This document shows, piece by piece, positions 19,801 through 28,340 of a stretch of 64,000 bases of DNA (the stretch's first letter is position 1; each line of letters starts with the position of its first letter). A model generated the notes under the pieces. It worked only from the letters and a program-made list of their open reading frames with translations. It searched no databases and was not told the DNA's origin. The DNA is from Escherichia coli (GTDB lineage Bacteria > Pseudomonadota > Gammaproteobacteria > Enterobacterales > Enterobacteriaceae), in NCBI RefSeq assembly GCF_003991155.1, contig NZ_CP031294.1. One strand, written 5' to 3'. Made by a program: the position numbers and the translations under genes.

Positions 19801-21421
19801 CGCCAACTACCCCCATGATCCCTGCTCGCATCAGTTTGAACGCAACCATCGCGGCCACGACCTTACCGAGATTAATTACCAGCTCTTGGTTCTTTGCTAA
19901 CCATTGAGCAAGCTGACGCAACCCATCGATTGCCGTCGTTAACCCCGAGCCTAAAGAATTGGCAAACGAAATCCCTTCGGCGCTATTCATGATTGAAGCC
20001 AGTTCTTTCATCCCCTTCGATAGAGAATCCAGATATCCGGCCTGACCAACCCGATCAGCAAATAACGTGAATGACGTCTGAAGTTGCGCCAGCGCACCTG
20101 TGTAGGTTTGCATCATGTCTTTCGCTGCGTTCTCATTCTCCGCACGCAGACCAACAAACATCAGAGACAACGCCTGTTTTGCCTCAACCGTACCGCTGGC
20201 AACGGCTTTAGTCAGTTCCCCCATAGTGATGCCTGCGGCGTCTGCCATTGCCTGCATCGCGTTAGGAACGGCTTCACCTAATTGCTGACGTAGCTCTTCC
20301 ATTGACACAACGCCCTTACCGGACATCTGCTGAACGGCCACAGCCGCACGTTTCAACAGCTCACTATCACCACCAAAACGAGCAACGGAGTCCACCAGCG
20401 CCTTCAGAGAACCATCGGTTGGATCTAAGCCAGCAGAACGAAACTTCACGAAGGAATCTGTTAACGCCTGCATCGCGAACGGCGCATTTTGCGCCATGTC
20501 TACGATGTACTTCATATCATCAGCGGCAGCCTGGCCCGGGTTGGACTTCTCCTTATTCAACCCTCGAAGCATCACCCGCATACGTTCCATTTCGGCCGCA
20601 GCTTCAACAATAGGCTTCTGCCACCCAAACATGATGTCAGTAACCGTTCTGGCTGCATCTCCGATCTCGCCAAGCAGGAAAATGTTGCCACGAAGGCCAG
20701 AGAACATACCTCCTTCGTTACTTTTACCGCTATGGCCAGAAGCGCCGCTACGCCGCCCGCTACCACCATCGCCACTTCCAGATGTACGAACGCGTACCGG
20801 CTTGCTAATCAGTTGCTGACGTCCGATAACTTCGTCCATCTGCTCACGAACCTTTTTCAGTCCCTCGGCAGCCTGACTCGTTGTGACACCCCAATTACTG
20901 AGTCGCTTCGTCGTGGTATTAAGGCGCGTATTCATGCCACTCACGGACGCAGAGGCTTCTTTGGCCTCCGTACCAAAGCGGCTTGCGCTTTTGCTTGCAT
21001 AGGTCGCCCAATCAGAGAAATCATTTAGCTCTGATTGCACTTTACGTAATGACGCGGTGAGTTTATCTACTGAAGAAGTTGTCGTATCGACGCGCTCAAT
21101 CAGGGCTTTAAGACCAGAATTGAGGCTGGTGATGTTGCCACGCATTTTACGCGTAGCATCTGAAGCAAGCTCAAAACCGGCAGCTACATCCTGTAGTTTA
21201 TCTGCCGTAGAATCGAGCTTGCTTTCCAGAACGCCAATGATACGGGCGACCGAACCCAAAGAGCGTTCAAAGGTTTGGATTTTTTGAGCAGGCTTTGTTA
21301 CCTGCTCACCAAATCGAGTAAGCAGTTTCCCCGCACGATCGATTGACGCTGTAAACTGTTTGTCTTCCAGCGACAGGATAAACTCTACGTTTTGTGACAT
21401 TCCCTTGTCATCCTCTGCCAA
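16829..21421 (-). CDS. tail tape measure protein (1530 aa)
   Basis: Very long, helix-rich, Ala/Gln/Lys-rich protein with a Gly-rich C-terminus. It lies downstream of the G/GT pair and upstream of M/L/K/I/J. Confidence 0.9.
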   Translation of the reverse strand: MAEDDKGMSQNVEFILSLEDKQFTASIDRAGKLLTRFGEQVTKPAQKIQTFERSLGSVARIIGVLESKLDSTADKLQDVAAGFELASDATRKMRGNITSLNSGLKALIERVDTTTSSVDKLTASLRKVQSELNDFSDWATYASKSASRFGTEAKEASASVSGMNTRLNTTTKRLSNWGVTTSQAAEGLKKVREQMDEVIGRQQLISKPVRVRTSGSGDGGSGRRSGASGHSGKSNEGGMFSGLRGNIFLLGEIGDAARTVTDIMFGWQKPIVEAAAEMERMRVMLRGLNKEKSNPGQAAADDMKYIVDMAQNAPFAMQALTDSFVKFRSAGLDPTDGSLKALVDSVARFGGDSELLKRAAVAVQQMSGKGVVSMEELRQQLGEAVPNAMQAMADAAGITMGELTKAVASGTVEAKQALSLMFVGLRAENENAAKDMMQTYTGALAQLQTSFTLFADRVGQAGYLDSLSKGMKELASIMNSAEGISFANSLGSGLTTAIDGLRQLAQWLAKNQELVINLGKVVAAMVAFKLMRAGIMGVVGAGSQMVSTFATMATAIQTPFNLGATAVTRFNRAARMGLAPIPSLIFAIRGAITGLKGAFAGLTAFIAANPIGAAFTVATVAVAGLITYMTMLRSETSKVVDEIRKIPEAMTAAKRAQMADRAEKLEKQILADQRALKTGEGVNYVSNSAGVITHKESKADIEARLKKNQEEYQKITGTIALGDGAVAKRLAKEAAESQIEKIRAENQIFAATFVKARQEALDKIQKINDDGSLSDDEKNKLLAPLRETVNKSYLEPAQKLVDSLSSRKNATEKQIATLNDQLEKAKKDGNTEQIQKLQGSIRGYQEHLEAVAQELTQAEFERDNAAKTGKGVMSNQGTVLGLGTTDKAAQKALAQYMRNQMDSATYQRTLPDGTPMMDFEGKPIIGPKQLKTQLNLQKASSASSLEKMSDEERAAAIAALTKAREQDAAAAEKAAQRSANASQRAAKKEQAAQQKLAAGYQKALDKADQLMGQMGESSKATVSFDQSLRDTTKSLTDLANAVPNEFITQEMIDKAKKRLEDLKNATPEYREMFNRRNVEQMISTWAPEADSIISAGYTPSREEKVADFEDTYNRNLKALIELRDKASDPKVVALYTKKINQLIAAGNTALIKETGTATQKLALEYENLAEQIESTWTDLFSGLTDVLTDFVINGKMSFSSLSQSILKDITNMVVKSQITLPLMNMLGMGTTAAGSSQSGNLLTGVASAVANQGVRISNTVNGDKSVGEATKETSSSVTGLGQTTQQTTSAIGTATNAIGSWVSGLFNSTEAKDAETKAVKDSIFSMQNLSSVTGALSAAFAMLGANASGSGNKWLNFGATVASGLVSVWAGGGFDGLMSGSSGSTSGFNNLTSSAADGTNGIPAIPKFANGGIFGKDGVIPLRAYQKGGIANSPQLALFGEGDMNEAYVPLPDGRTIPVTLSTDGMSGGGNVLSPVSIEINVHSDGSTTESGDTESIWNNAAQRMKAIALETIAQEKRPGGSLNPNTQRN

Positions 21422-21677
21422 ATATTTGCATCAGTTGCTCTTTGGCGTCAGGGTCTGCCTTATCCTGGCTTGGATCGTAGACTTTATCTGTTACGACTGG
21501 TCTTCCAATCCTGAGTTGCAAACCCTCCATGAACGCCTTCACAGCCTCGCCATCCGCCTGGGACGCACGAGCGACTTGTAAGTTGCGGACATCCTCTTCC
21601 GCACGCAGACGGTCTATATTGCGACTGAGCATCCAGAACATCGTGAGAGGAACGTTCAGTAGCTCTAATGGCGACAC
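21408..21677 (-). CDS. T portion of a probable G-T programmed -1 frameshift product (the frame is open upstream of this Met, to about 21780)
   Basis: By coordinate arithmetic this ORF is in the -1 frame relative to the G-like gene and overlaps its 3' end. An A-rich stretch GAAAACGAAAAAGCG lies near the G stop. Position and size match lambda T. Confidence 0.45.
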   Translation of the reverse strand: MSPLELLNVPLTMFWMLSRNIDRLRAEEDVRNLQVARASQADGEAVKAFMEGLQLRIGRPVVTDKVYDPSQDKADPDAKEQLMQIFGRG

Positions 21678-21757
21678 GGCGTAGTGAGCAACTACACGAC
21701 TGAAATAGAATCCGAGATCTATTGAGACGGTCCTTGTCCCGGATTCATCGCGGGAAA

Positions 21758-22075
21758 TTACTTTGCCCCTTCGCCAGCCGCTTTTTCGTTTTCTTCATCA
21801 ATCACTTCCATAGCGAAGGTGAAGATCTGCTGGAGTTGCGGAACAGTCAGTTTTTCAAGAACTTCGTCAGGTACTGAAGGGATAACCTTACGAACCAGAT
21901 CTGCATAAGCTGTCACTTGCTCAACAGGAGACATGTTCATGAGATCTTTGCCTTCCATCTGCTTGATGGAAACGAACAGACCTACCGTCATTTCAACGAT
22001 GGGATATTCCTGACCGCCAAATTTGATGCTTTTCTTCGGAGGCAGAATGGAATCGAGATCGAGTAATTTGGTCAT
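21758..22075 (-). CDS. tail assembly chaperone G-like
   Basis: The 105-aa acidic protein lies between the major tail protein and the tape measure gene. The next ORF is in the -1 frame and runs on from its 3' end. Confidence 0.6.
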   Translation of the reverse strand: MTKLLDLDSILPPKKSIKFGGQEYPIVEMTVGLFVSIKQMEGKDLMNMSPVEQVTAYADLVRKVIPSVPDEVLEKLTVPQLQQIFTFAMEVIDEENEKAAGEGAK

Positions 22076-22130
22076 TGGTTAAAATCCTTTTAAAAGAGAG
22101 GCCCATCCTGAGCCTCTGCTTAATTACTGA

Positions 22131-22913
22131 TTAATCTGCGGGGTTAATCGTTACTGACTTAGTTGCCTTCTTACCACCGCTATTGCTGGTGAAGGAGATA
22201 TTTGTAGAACCCTGCGCCACACCACGTACCAGACCCGTTTGATCTACCGTGGCCTTTTCCTGGTCTTCGGATTCCCAAACACCGGTTTTGTCTGCGGCAT
22301 CAGCTGGAGTGATTTCGGCTGTCAGTTGCACAGTTTCTCCAGCTTTTACGGTTGGAGATTCCGGTGAGATCGACACAGTTTTTACCGGTTTAGGACCGCT
22401 CATTTTGCCCAGAACGCCTTCATCATCCGGGTATGCGCTGAACTGAACAGAGAACACACGAACATCATCAGACTGGTAGGTCATAGTGAAGTTGCCCGCG
22501 GTTGCCGCTTTCGGGATGGTCAACACATAGTCGGTGGTGTCCTGCGGAGTCAGAACCAGCTCCTTCGCCACATCAATCAGGTTAACGCCCTGTGCAGATG
22601 TGATCGTGACAGAGTTGTCATCTTCGCTCAGAGTAGAACCAGGCATCAGGTCAACCATGTTTTGGAGTACAGACTCAGCCAGAGGCGCGGTGATGGTAAT
22701 GTTGCGCCCCTGAACTAATTCGGAAATTACGGTCTGCCCCAACTGATCGACGGTGACTTTCAGCGTTTCAGTGGCTACTTCAACCTGAACACCACCTTTG
22801 GTGTAACCCAAATCCACACCACCAAACGACACCTTACAGGCACCAAGTTTGATGTTTTTTACATGGGTATTAGACATTGATGGAAAACTCCTTTTTCCGT
22901 TAATTCTACGCAT
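22131..22913 (-). CDS. major tail protein V-like with a C-terminal Ig-like (Big_2-type) domain
   Basis: The 260-aa product ends in a TVSISPESPTVKAGETVQLTAEITPADA...ATVDQTGLVRGVAQGSTNISFTS Ig-like segment. AAGGAG RBS. The gene lies upstream of the G/GT pair. Confidence 0.7.
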   Translation of the reverse strand: MRRINGKRSFPSMSNTHVKNIKLGACKVSFGGVDLGYTKGGVQVEVATETLKVTVDQLGQTVISELVQGRNITITAPLAESVLQNMVDLMPGSTLSEDDNSVTITSAQGVNLIDVAKELVLTPQDTTDYVLTIPKAATAGNFTMTYQSDDVRVFSVQFSAYPDDEGVLGKMSGPKPVKTVSISPESPTVKAGETVQLTAEITPADAADKTGVWESEDQEKATVDQTGLVRGVAQGSTNISFTSNSGGKKATKSVTINPAD

Positions 22914-22925
22914 TCATTGCGCTAA

Positions 22926-22945
22926 TAGTAAGTATATACTTACTA
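22926..22945. promoter_or_regulatory. perfect palindrome TAGTAAGTATATACTTACTA upstream of the major tail gene
   Basis: Read directly. Same family as the copy at 62923. Confidence 0.55.
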
Positions 22946-22951
22946 ATTGAG

Positions 22952-23335
22952 TTAATTCAATAAATAGCCAGCAAATTCAACAGGAATGCCTGCTTCTATT
23001 AATGCCCCATCATTTTTGGGATAAATGATTGGCATCGCCATCGGTCGTACAAGTCGAAAATAAACACCACCAGATTCCGTTTCCTCTACTGGAAACATCT
23101 CAATGATTTTATGGGCTTTCTCAACCGTCGTAGTAATTGACGAACCACGCACAATGATTGTGAATGATTCGTGATAAAAGCCCTGTAGCTCATGATCGAT
23201 GCTGATGCCGGTATTTGGGTTAATAAGCAGGACGCCAGATTTCACATTGGCAGGCAAGTAGTGACAGAAAATGTCAGTCCCGACCGTGCCAATCTTTGCC
23301 TTCTGCATCAAACTTGCAAACGCTTCAATAAACAC
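22952..23335 (-). CDS. tail terminator U-like protein. The start is reassigned to the GTG at 23335.
   Basis: The six-frame ORF overlaps the upstream gene by 122 nt. The in-frame GTG at 23335 is preceded by GAGAGG and lies immediately after the upstream stop. The resulting product is 128 aa, in the position before V. Confidence 0.4.
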   Translation of the reverse strand: MFIEAFASLMQKAKIGTVGTDIFCHYLPANVKSGVLLINPNTGISIDHELQGFYHESFTIIVRGSSITTTVEKAHKIIEMFPVEETESGGVYFRLVRPMAMPIIYPKNDGALIEAGIPVEFAGYLLN

Positions 23336-23336
23336 A

Positions 23337-23810
23337 TTAACCTCTCGTAAATCCGGCTTTTCTGGCAGCCTCAAGAATCGCTTCTGAGAACTGCTTCTCG
23401 CTAATTTCCACCGCTCTTTCCAGAAAGTGTGGCCCAACACGGGGTTTAACACCGGCAATTGGTGGGTTTGTCACGTTCTTCATTCGAGAAAGATAACCGA
23501 GTCGGTATTTACCCAGCTCCATGTACTTAGCATAGTCACCTACTTCTACGCCCGGATGCCCCTGACGTGGTTTTGCTCCAGACACAGAAAGCTCAATACG
23601 CAGCCCTGAATAACCTTCTTTAATCACCCTGGCAAAGATGGCTGTCTCCAGAGATCCGGTTTCCAGCGGGGCCATTGCACGGCTGAGACGCTCAACCAAA
23701 CGCGCCAGCTTTTCCATGTCCCGGATAAGATATCGCTTAAATGCTTTCTGGCTGTTGTTGAGTCGATTCCCCGCACGTTTGAACTGATGCGCATCGTATT
23801 TCAGACCCAT
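23337..23810 (-). CDS. tail completion / head-tail joining protein (Z-like position)
   Basis: Synteny between the connector genes and the U-like gene. No motif-level evidence. Confidence 0.35.
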   Translation of the reverse strand: MGLKYDAHQFKRAGNRLNNSQKAFKRYLIRDMEKLARLVERLSRAMAPLETGSLETAIFARVIKEGYSGLRIELSVSGAKPRQGHPGVEVGDYAKYMELGKYRLGYLSRMKNVTNPPIAGVKPRVGPHFLERAVEISEKQFSEAILEAARKAGFTRG

Positions 23811-24241
23811 ATATTCGCCCCTACTTCAAGATGCCCAGGTCTTCCTCGTAGCCCCCAGCGGCGATGAACACTGGACACCTTTAATTTTTGACCTTCAAGG
23901 ATCAGCACATCATCAAGTTGTACAGCCGCTTCTAAAGGGACAACTAACACAGCATCAAACAGCTCCAGACTCGCCTTACCACGACTACCAGAGCTATCAG
24001 CACGAACTGACGATTTCTCATTACTCTGTTCGAACTTAACCACGCCGACATTCGTCTTCCTGACGAATTGTAATTGCGCCTCGCCGTAAACGTTCTTTGC
24101 GCCAAAGCGGTAGATCGCAATTTCTGTTTGCCACGAAATATTCATGCTCTCTCTCTGTTGTTGTCGGTCGCTCTCATTACTGGCCAAAAACCCTTTCGAC
24201 CAAAAGTAAATAATGCGACTGGCGTTACGCACGGCGAACAA
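23801..24241 (-). CDS. head-tail adaptor/connector protein candidate
   Basis: Synteny only. Confidence 0.3.
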   Translation of the reverse strand: MFAVRNASRIIYFWSKGFLASNESDRQQQRESMNISWQTEIAIYRFGAKNVYGEAQLQFVRKTNVGVVKFEQSNEKSSVRADSSGSRGKASLELFDAVLVVPLEAAVQLDDVLILEGQKLKVSSVHRRWGLRGRPGHLEVGANIWV

Positions 24242-25058
24242 TCATACGGTTGTTGATGTAACTGACCAGCAAGCGCCAGGTACTGCGAGCCACATGAACG
24301 TTTGCAGCTTTACCGGTACGGTACATGTTGGTTGTTTCACCGATTGACTCTGACAAAATGCCATCCTCTCGTGCTGCGGCAACATCATTGCCATTTGCGA
24401 TCTCACACGCTTCGTTGACAACGGCAAGCATCAACGCTTCTTTGAAGTAGTCAGGGAACTCTTCAAACTTCTCCTGCGTCATCTTTTCCCAATCGACTAA
24501 ATCATGCCGGTACGCTCCATCTGCTCCCCACGGAATGTCATACACATTCAGCATATTTTGAGGGCGATCGTATCGGTCAAAGTCGATACGTAGAATTTTG
24601 CGGATTGAGAACGGTAAAGTTTTAATTCGTCTGGTAGCCTCAATGAGACGCTTGCGCATTAAGCCTTCACCATCCGACAGCAAAGTGTCCCCATTCAGCA
24701 TATCGATCGCCTGCATTTGAGCATCAGCGACAGTTGCAAACGACTGTTCTGGTATCGACAGTTCAAAACTATTCAGCAGAACATACATTTGCCGCTCTTC
24801 ATGCGTCAGACCCGATGCAACAGCCTTCACAATGACGTACCGCAGATCGCGTTCTTTCTCAGAGAGCTGGTTATATTCAGCCGACACGACAACCGGAATC
24901 GACATTTGACCGCTGGTAATTTCTAGCGGCTCGCCATCAACGAGAATAGCCCCGGTGCTGTCCTTTACTGTGTAGGTAGCAGATTCGATATCCAGCACGT
25001 TGAAGGCAAATGAAAGGGAAACAGCTTCACCGCTACGATACGAGTCGATCTGCGCCAT
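24225..25058 (-). CDS. hypothetical virion protein (277 aa)
   Basis: Large ORF in the head-completion region, co-directional and tightly packed. Confidence 0.4.
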   Translation of the reverse strand: MAQIDSYRSGEAVSLSFAFNVLDIESATYTVKDSTGAILVDGEPLEITSGQMSIPVVVSAEYNQLSEKERDLRYVIVKAVASGLTHEERQMYVLLNSFELSIPEQSFATVADAQMQAIDMLNGDTLLSDGEGLMRKRLIEATRRIKTLPFSIRKILRIDFDRYDRPQNMLNVYDIPWGADGAYRHDLVDWEKMTQEKFEEFPDYFKEALMLAVVNEACEIANGNDVAAAREDGILSESIGETTNMYRTGKAANVHVARSTWRLLVSYINNRMIVRRA

Positions 25059-25492
25059 TACTCACCGCCTTGTGCTTTCAGGATGCCTTCAATCATCTCG
25101 ACAATTCCTTTCGCTTTGACACCAACCTGATTACCAATCACACGTAGACCGGCAATGCCTTCATTGTCTGCAATTGACTCCAACTCTTCTCGTGTGAAAG
25201 TCTGGATCTGTTTGGCCGGTTCATCTGGTGTCCCACGTTTCATTGGCACAATGTCAGGTGCTGCTGGCTCGGTAATCAGGTCTGCGGTCAACTCGCCACG
25301 ATCACTGTATGCGGCAGACGGAGAAACATTTTTGCCCTCGACTGTTGATGCTCGCATTGAGGCACAAATCCTTTGCTGATCGATAAAAGGCAACTCCGCT
25401 ACGGACACCCCGTTCTCGAACTGAACGCCGCACAACATTCCCGAATAACCGGAAAATTGCGGTTCTAATAAAACAATTTTTGCTGGTTTCAT
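25058..25492 (-). CDS. hypothetical virion protein (144 aa)
   Basis: Start and stop overlap the neighbouring gene (coupled). Function not inferable. Confidence 0.35.
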   Translation of the reverse strand: MKPAKIVLLEPQFSGYSGMLCGVQFENGVSVAELPFIDQQRICASMRASTVEGKNVSPSAAYSDRGELTADLITEPAAPDIVPMKRGTPDEPAKQIQTFTREELESIADNEGIAGLRVIGNQVGVKAKGIVEMIEGILKAQGGE

Positions 25493-25536
25493 AACGCATT
25501 CTCTCTACATGGGCGGCTTTCGCCGCCCAATATTGA

Positions 25537-26457
25537 TTATTCCTGTGCAGCAGTGACTTCTACGGTCGCTGTCGCTTTGTGGCTACCATCTTGGGTAGTA
25601 ACCTCGATTGTGGCAGTACCAGCCGCAACGCCAGTTACAACACCGGTTTCGCTATCCACCGTTGCAAACTCGGTATTTTTGGATTCCCAAGTAACGGTTT
25701 TATTTGTTGCTCCTGCCGGCTCGACATTTGCGGTCAGCTGAACAGTTTTGTTTGCCTCAACGGTTGTGCTATTTGGGTCGATTTCGACGCCGGTAACAGC
25801 CACAACAGGCGCAGTTACTTCCACCGTTGCAGTTCCCTTTTTGCTGCCATCTTGGGAAACGATCTCAATCGTCGCAGTGCCAACTTCTACACCAGTAACG
25901 TTCCCGCTCTGGTCTACCGTTGCCTTGTCTTCATTTTTGGAAGACCAAGTAACTGCCTTATTCGTCGCATTTGACGGCTGAACATTCGCTTTCAGACTGA
26001 CTGATTTCCCTTTCTCAACAGAGGTTGAGTCTGGCGTTACCGTTACGGATTGAACGGCTACCGGATTTACGGTGACTTCCACTGACGCGGAAAGCTGGGT
26101 TTCCTGATCAGTTGCGGTAATTTTCACTTTGCCTGGTGCTACGCCAGTTACTAATCCAGTGCCGTTGACGGTTGCAATTTGATCATTGGCTGACTTCCAG
26201 GTGAATGAACTGGCACTCTTACCCATAGTAATACCTGCACTAAGTTGAACAGTTTTCCCAACCAAAACTGACGGTGAAGCCGGGGTTATGTTTACGGATT
26301 GGGAGAAGGGAACCGCCTGCAAACAAGCAGATAGCTGACTTTGTTGTCGCTCGGTTAAAGGTTCATCGGAGATAGAATTGGTAAATCCGGCACGGCACAT
26401 ATGCCCCGTAAAATCCGAAAATGCCTCTTCCGTAATCTTCATCTTTTGTTCTGGCAT
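25537..26457 (-). CDS. Ig-like (three Big_2-type repeats) surface/decoration protein
   Basis: Three repeats of about 90 aa share the pattern ...VTPxSxSVxxGKTVQLSAxVxPxxATNKxVTWxSxNxxxATVDxxGxVTGVxxGxxxIxxT... The gene lies directly downstream of the capsid gene. Confidence 0.6.
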   Translation of the reverse strand: MPEQKMKITEEAFSDFTGHMCRAGFTNSISDEPLTERQQSQLSACLQAVPFSQSVNITPASPSVLVGKTVQLSAGITMGKSASSFTWKSANDQIATVNGTGLVTGVAPGKVKITATDQETQLSASVEVTVNPVAVQSVTVTPDSTSVEKGKSVSLKANVQPSNATNKAVTWSSKNEDKATVDQSGNVTGVEVGTATIEIVSQDGSKKGTATVEVTAPVVAVTGVEIDPNSTTVEANKTVQLTANVEPAGATNKTVTWESKNTEFATVDSETGVVTGVAAGTATIEVTTQDGSHKATATVEVTAAQE

Positions 26458-26530
26458 TTCTCGCTCCTACAAAAAGGGTGGGCGTATAGCCCACCCTTTA
26501 ACATAGATAATTACTTATCTACTTCACTGA

Positions 26531-27406
26531 TTAAATTTTTACATTGGTCAGTGCAGCGATAGCCTTATCGTGCTTATTCGCCAGAGAGCAGTACCACTTC
26601 ACACGGGTACGTACTGCGTCTTTGTTCTGTACAGTACCAATGTTTTCAACAACGATACCTGCGTTGTCGCCGCCATACAGACCAGTAACGCCGTTCTCTT
26701 CTGACAGATGCAGGCAGTAGATGCTTGCTTTGCCAGAATCGGTCGGGATGAAGTCGTTGATGATGAACGGAACGCCGTTATGACACAGCATCGGACGACC
26801 GAAGTTCTCCATCATGATTTCAGACGGACCTACGTTTACTGTACGCAGCAGCGCACGGTAAGCACGCAGGTGCTCTGAACGCATCATGATGCAGTCAGCA
26901 CCAAGATCTTTCACCGCATCGACCAGTTCGTCGAACATAGAGAAAGTCATAGATGCACCGGCGATATCGATCTTCTGATCTGCGTGCATCAGGCGTGGAA
27001 TGCCGTCAAACGCCTTGTTGTTGGAGCTGGAGTCACCCAAAATCAGGTTGCGACGGAACGCACGAGCCAGACCTTTAACTTTCTGACGAACCTGAATAGC
27101 CAACTGGTTGTTGGTGTCGGCCATAGTGGTCGCCAGGAATTTATCAACGTCTACGTCACCAGCCAGAATACGCAGTTTCGCAACGCATTCTTCGAAGGTT
27201 GCTGCACCTTCAGGGATGGTGTCGTTAACGTCGATGAAGGTAGCTTCACTCAGCGTTTTTTCACGGTTGTACAGATATGCCTTTGAATTAATTTTCATAA
27301 AAGGCAGGATGGCAAACAGGTCATCGCGATCGATGATAGTTTCGATCACACCCTGTTCAAGTTCGTTGTTAGACAGCTTTTCAGCTTCTTCACGCAGTAA
27401 TGGCAT
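26531..27406 (-). CDS. major capsid protein candidate (291 aa)
   Basis: Sits after the scaffold-like gene and before the decoration-like gene. Size and position fit a major capsid protein. The HK97-fold assignment is inference, not a motif match. Confidence 0.55.
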   Translation of the reverse strand: MPLLREEAEKLSNNELEQGVIETIIDRDDLFAILPFMKINSKAYLYNREKTLSEATFIDVNDTIPEGAATFEECVAKLRILAGDVDVDKFLATTMADTNNQLAIQVRQKVKGLARAFRRNLILGDSSSNNKAFDGIPRLMHADQKIDIAGASMTFSMFDELVDAVKDLGADCIMMRSEHLRAYRALLRTVNVGPSEIMMENFGRPMLCHNGVPFIINDFIPTDSGKASIYCLHLSEENGVTGLYGGDNAGIVVENIGTVQNKDAVRTRVKWYCSLANKHDKAIAALTNVKI

Positions 27407-27431
27407 CTATCAATTCCCTTTGATTTAGATG

Positions 27432-28319
27432 TTACTTAAGTCCAATTTTCCCCAGACCGGAGGCCAACTTATCCATAGTCGACTTGTTCTTCGGTTGGGA
27501 TATTGTGTAGGTCGATTTGGAATGTGAGCCTACACCCTGCTTGGCTTCGCTACGCATCAATGCGTCAGCTTCCGGATCTGCCCGCACAATGCGTTCAATC
27601 GCGGATTCAAACGGCAACGGCTTACCTTCACCGTCAACCAGAACAGCTCGTTCTTTGTGACCTGCCGGTTTGTCATAACCCACTACGCTACCGTCTTCAC
27701 CCACTTCAAAATGAGAACCGTAGATCACGCGGGCTTTTGCCGGGGTCATCAGAACTTTGTCACGTAGGAAGAGAGAGTTACTGAAGGAAGCGCCCACGGT
27801 CATCTCGACTAATTGAGATTTCAGTGATGCGTTTTCACTTTCCAGTGCTGCATAACGTTCGTCACGCTGTGCCAGCTCTGCCTGGTGTGCTTCGATCATC
27901 TGTTTTTTAACAGCATCGAACTCACCACGACGCTCCAGTTCAGCTTGCTCCGCCTCACGACGTGCGTTTTCTGCGGCCTGTTCAGCTTCTAAAAGCTGGC
28001 GAGCACGAGCCGGATCGATATCACCGTACTGAGCAAGCTGATCGGCCAATGTGCGCTCTTTCTCTTTGCGCTTCATGTTCTCCTTCAGCAGTTCAGCACC
28101 AGCTTTCTTGGTTTTACGAAGTTCGGCCAGTAACTCTTCCTGAGTCATGCCAGCGTATTCGTCATCGCCCTTCGGCTGCTCTTTTTGTTCACCCTGTTTG
28201 TCAGGATCTTGTGTACTCTGCTCATTATCAGCAGCTACACCGCCAGCGCCTCCACGCTCATGCGCTTCAGCGACATCCATCAGACCACGACGGGCCAAAA
28301 GCATTTGCCACAGATTCAT
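27432..28319 (-). CDS. scaffolding protein candidate
   Basis: Highly charged, coiled-coil-rich 295-aa protein (AELLKENMKRKEKERTLADQLAQ..., EAEQAAENARREAEQAELERRGE) between the portal and capsid genes. Confidence 0.55.
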   Translation of the reverse strand: MNLWQMLLARRGLMDVAEAHERGGAGGVAADNEQSTQDPDKQGEQKEQPKGDDEYAGMTQEELLAELRKTKKAGAELLKENMKRKEKERTLADQLAQYGDIDPARARQLLEAEQAAENARREAEQAELERRGEFDAVKKQMIEAHQAELAQRDERYAALESENASLKSQLVEMTVGASFSNSLFLRDKVLMTPAKARVIYGSHFEVGEDGSVVGYDKPAGHKERAVLVDGEGKPLPFESAIERIVRADPEADALMRSEAKQGVGSHSKSTYTISQPKNKSTMDKLASGLGKIGLK

Positions 28320-28340
28320 AAAAATTCCTTTTGTTACTTA

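Noticed and set aside
23337-23458. Original 168-aa ORF start at 23458 for the U-like gene
   Set aside because: It would overlap the upstream gene by 122 nt. An in-frame GTG at 23335 with a GAGAGG RBS right after the upstream stop gives a 128-aa product of expected size.
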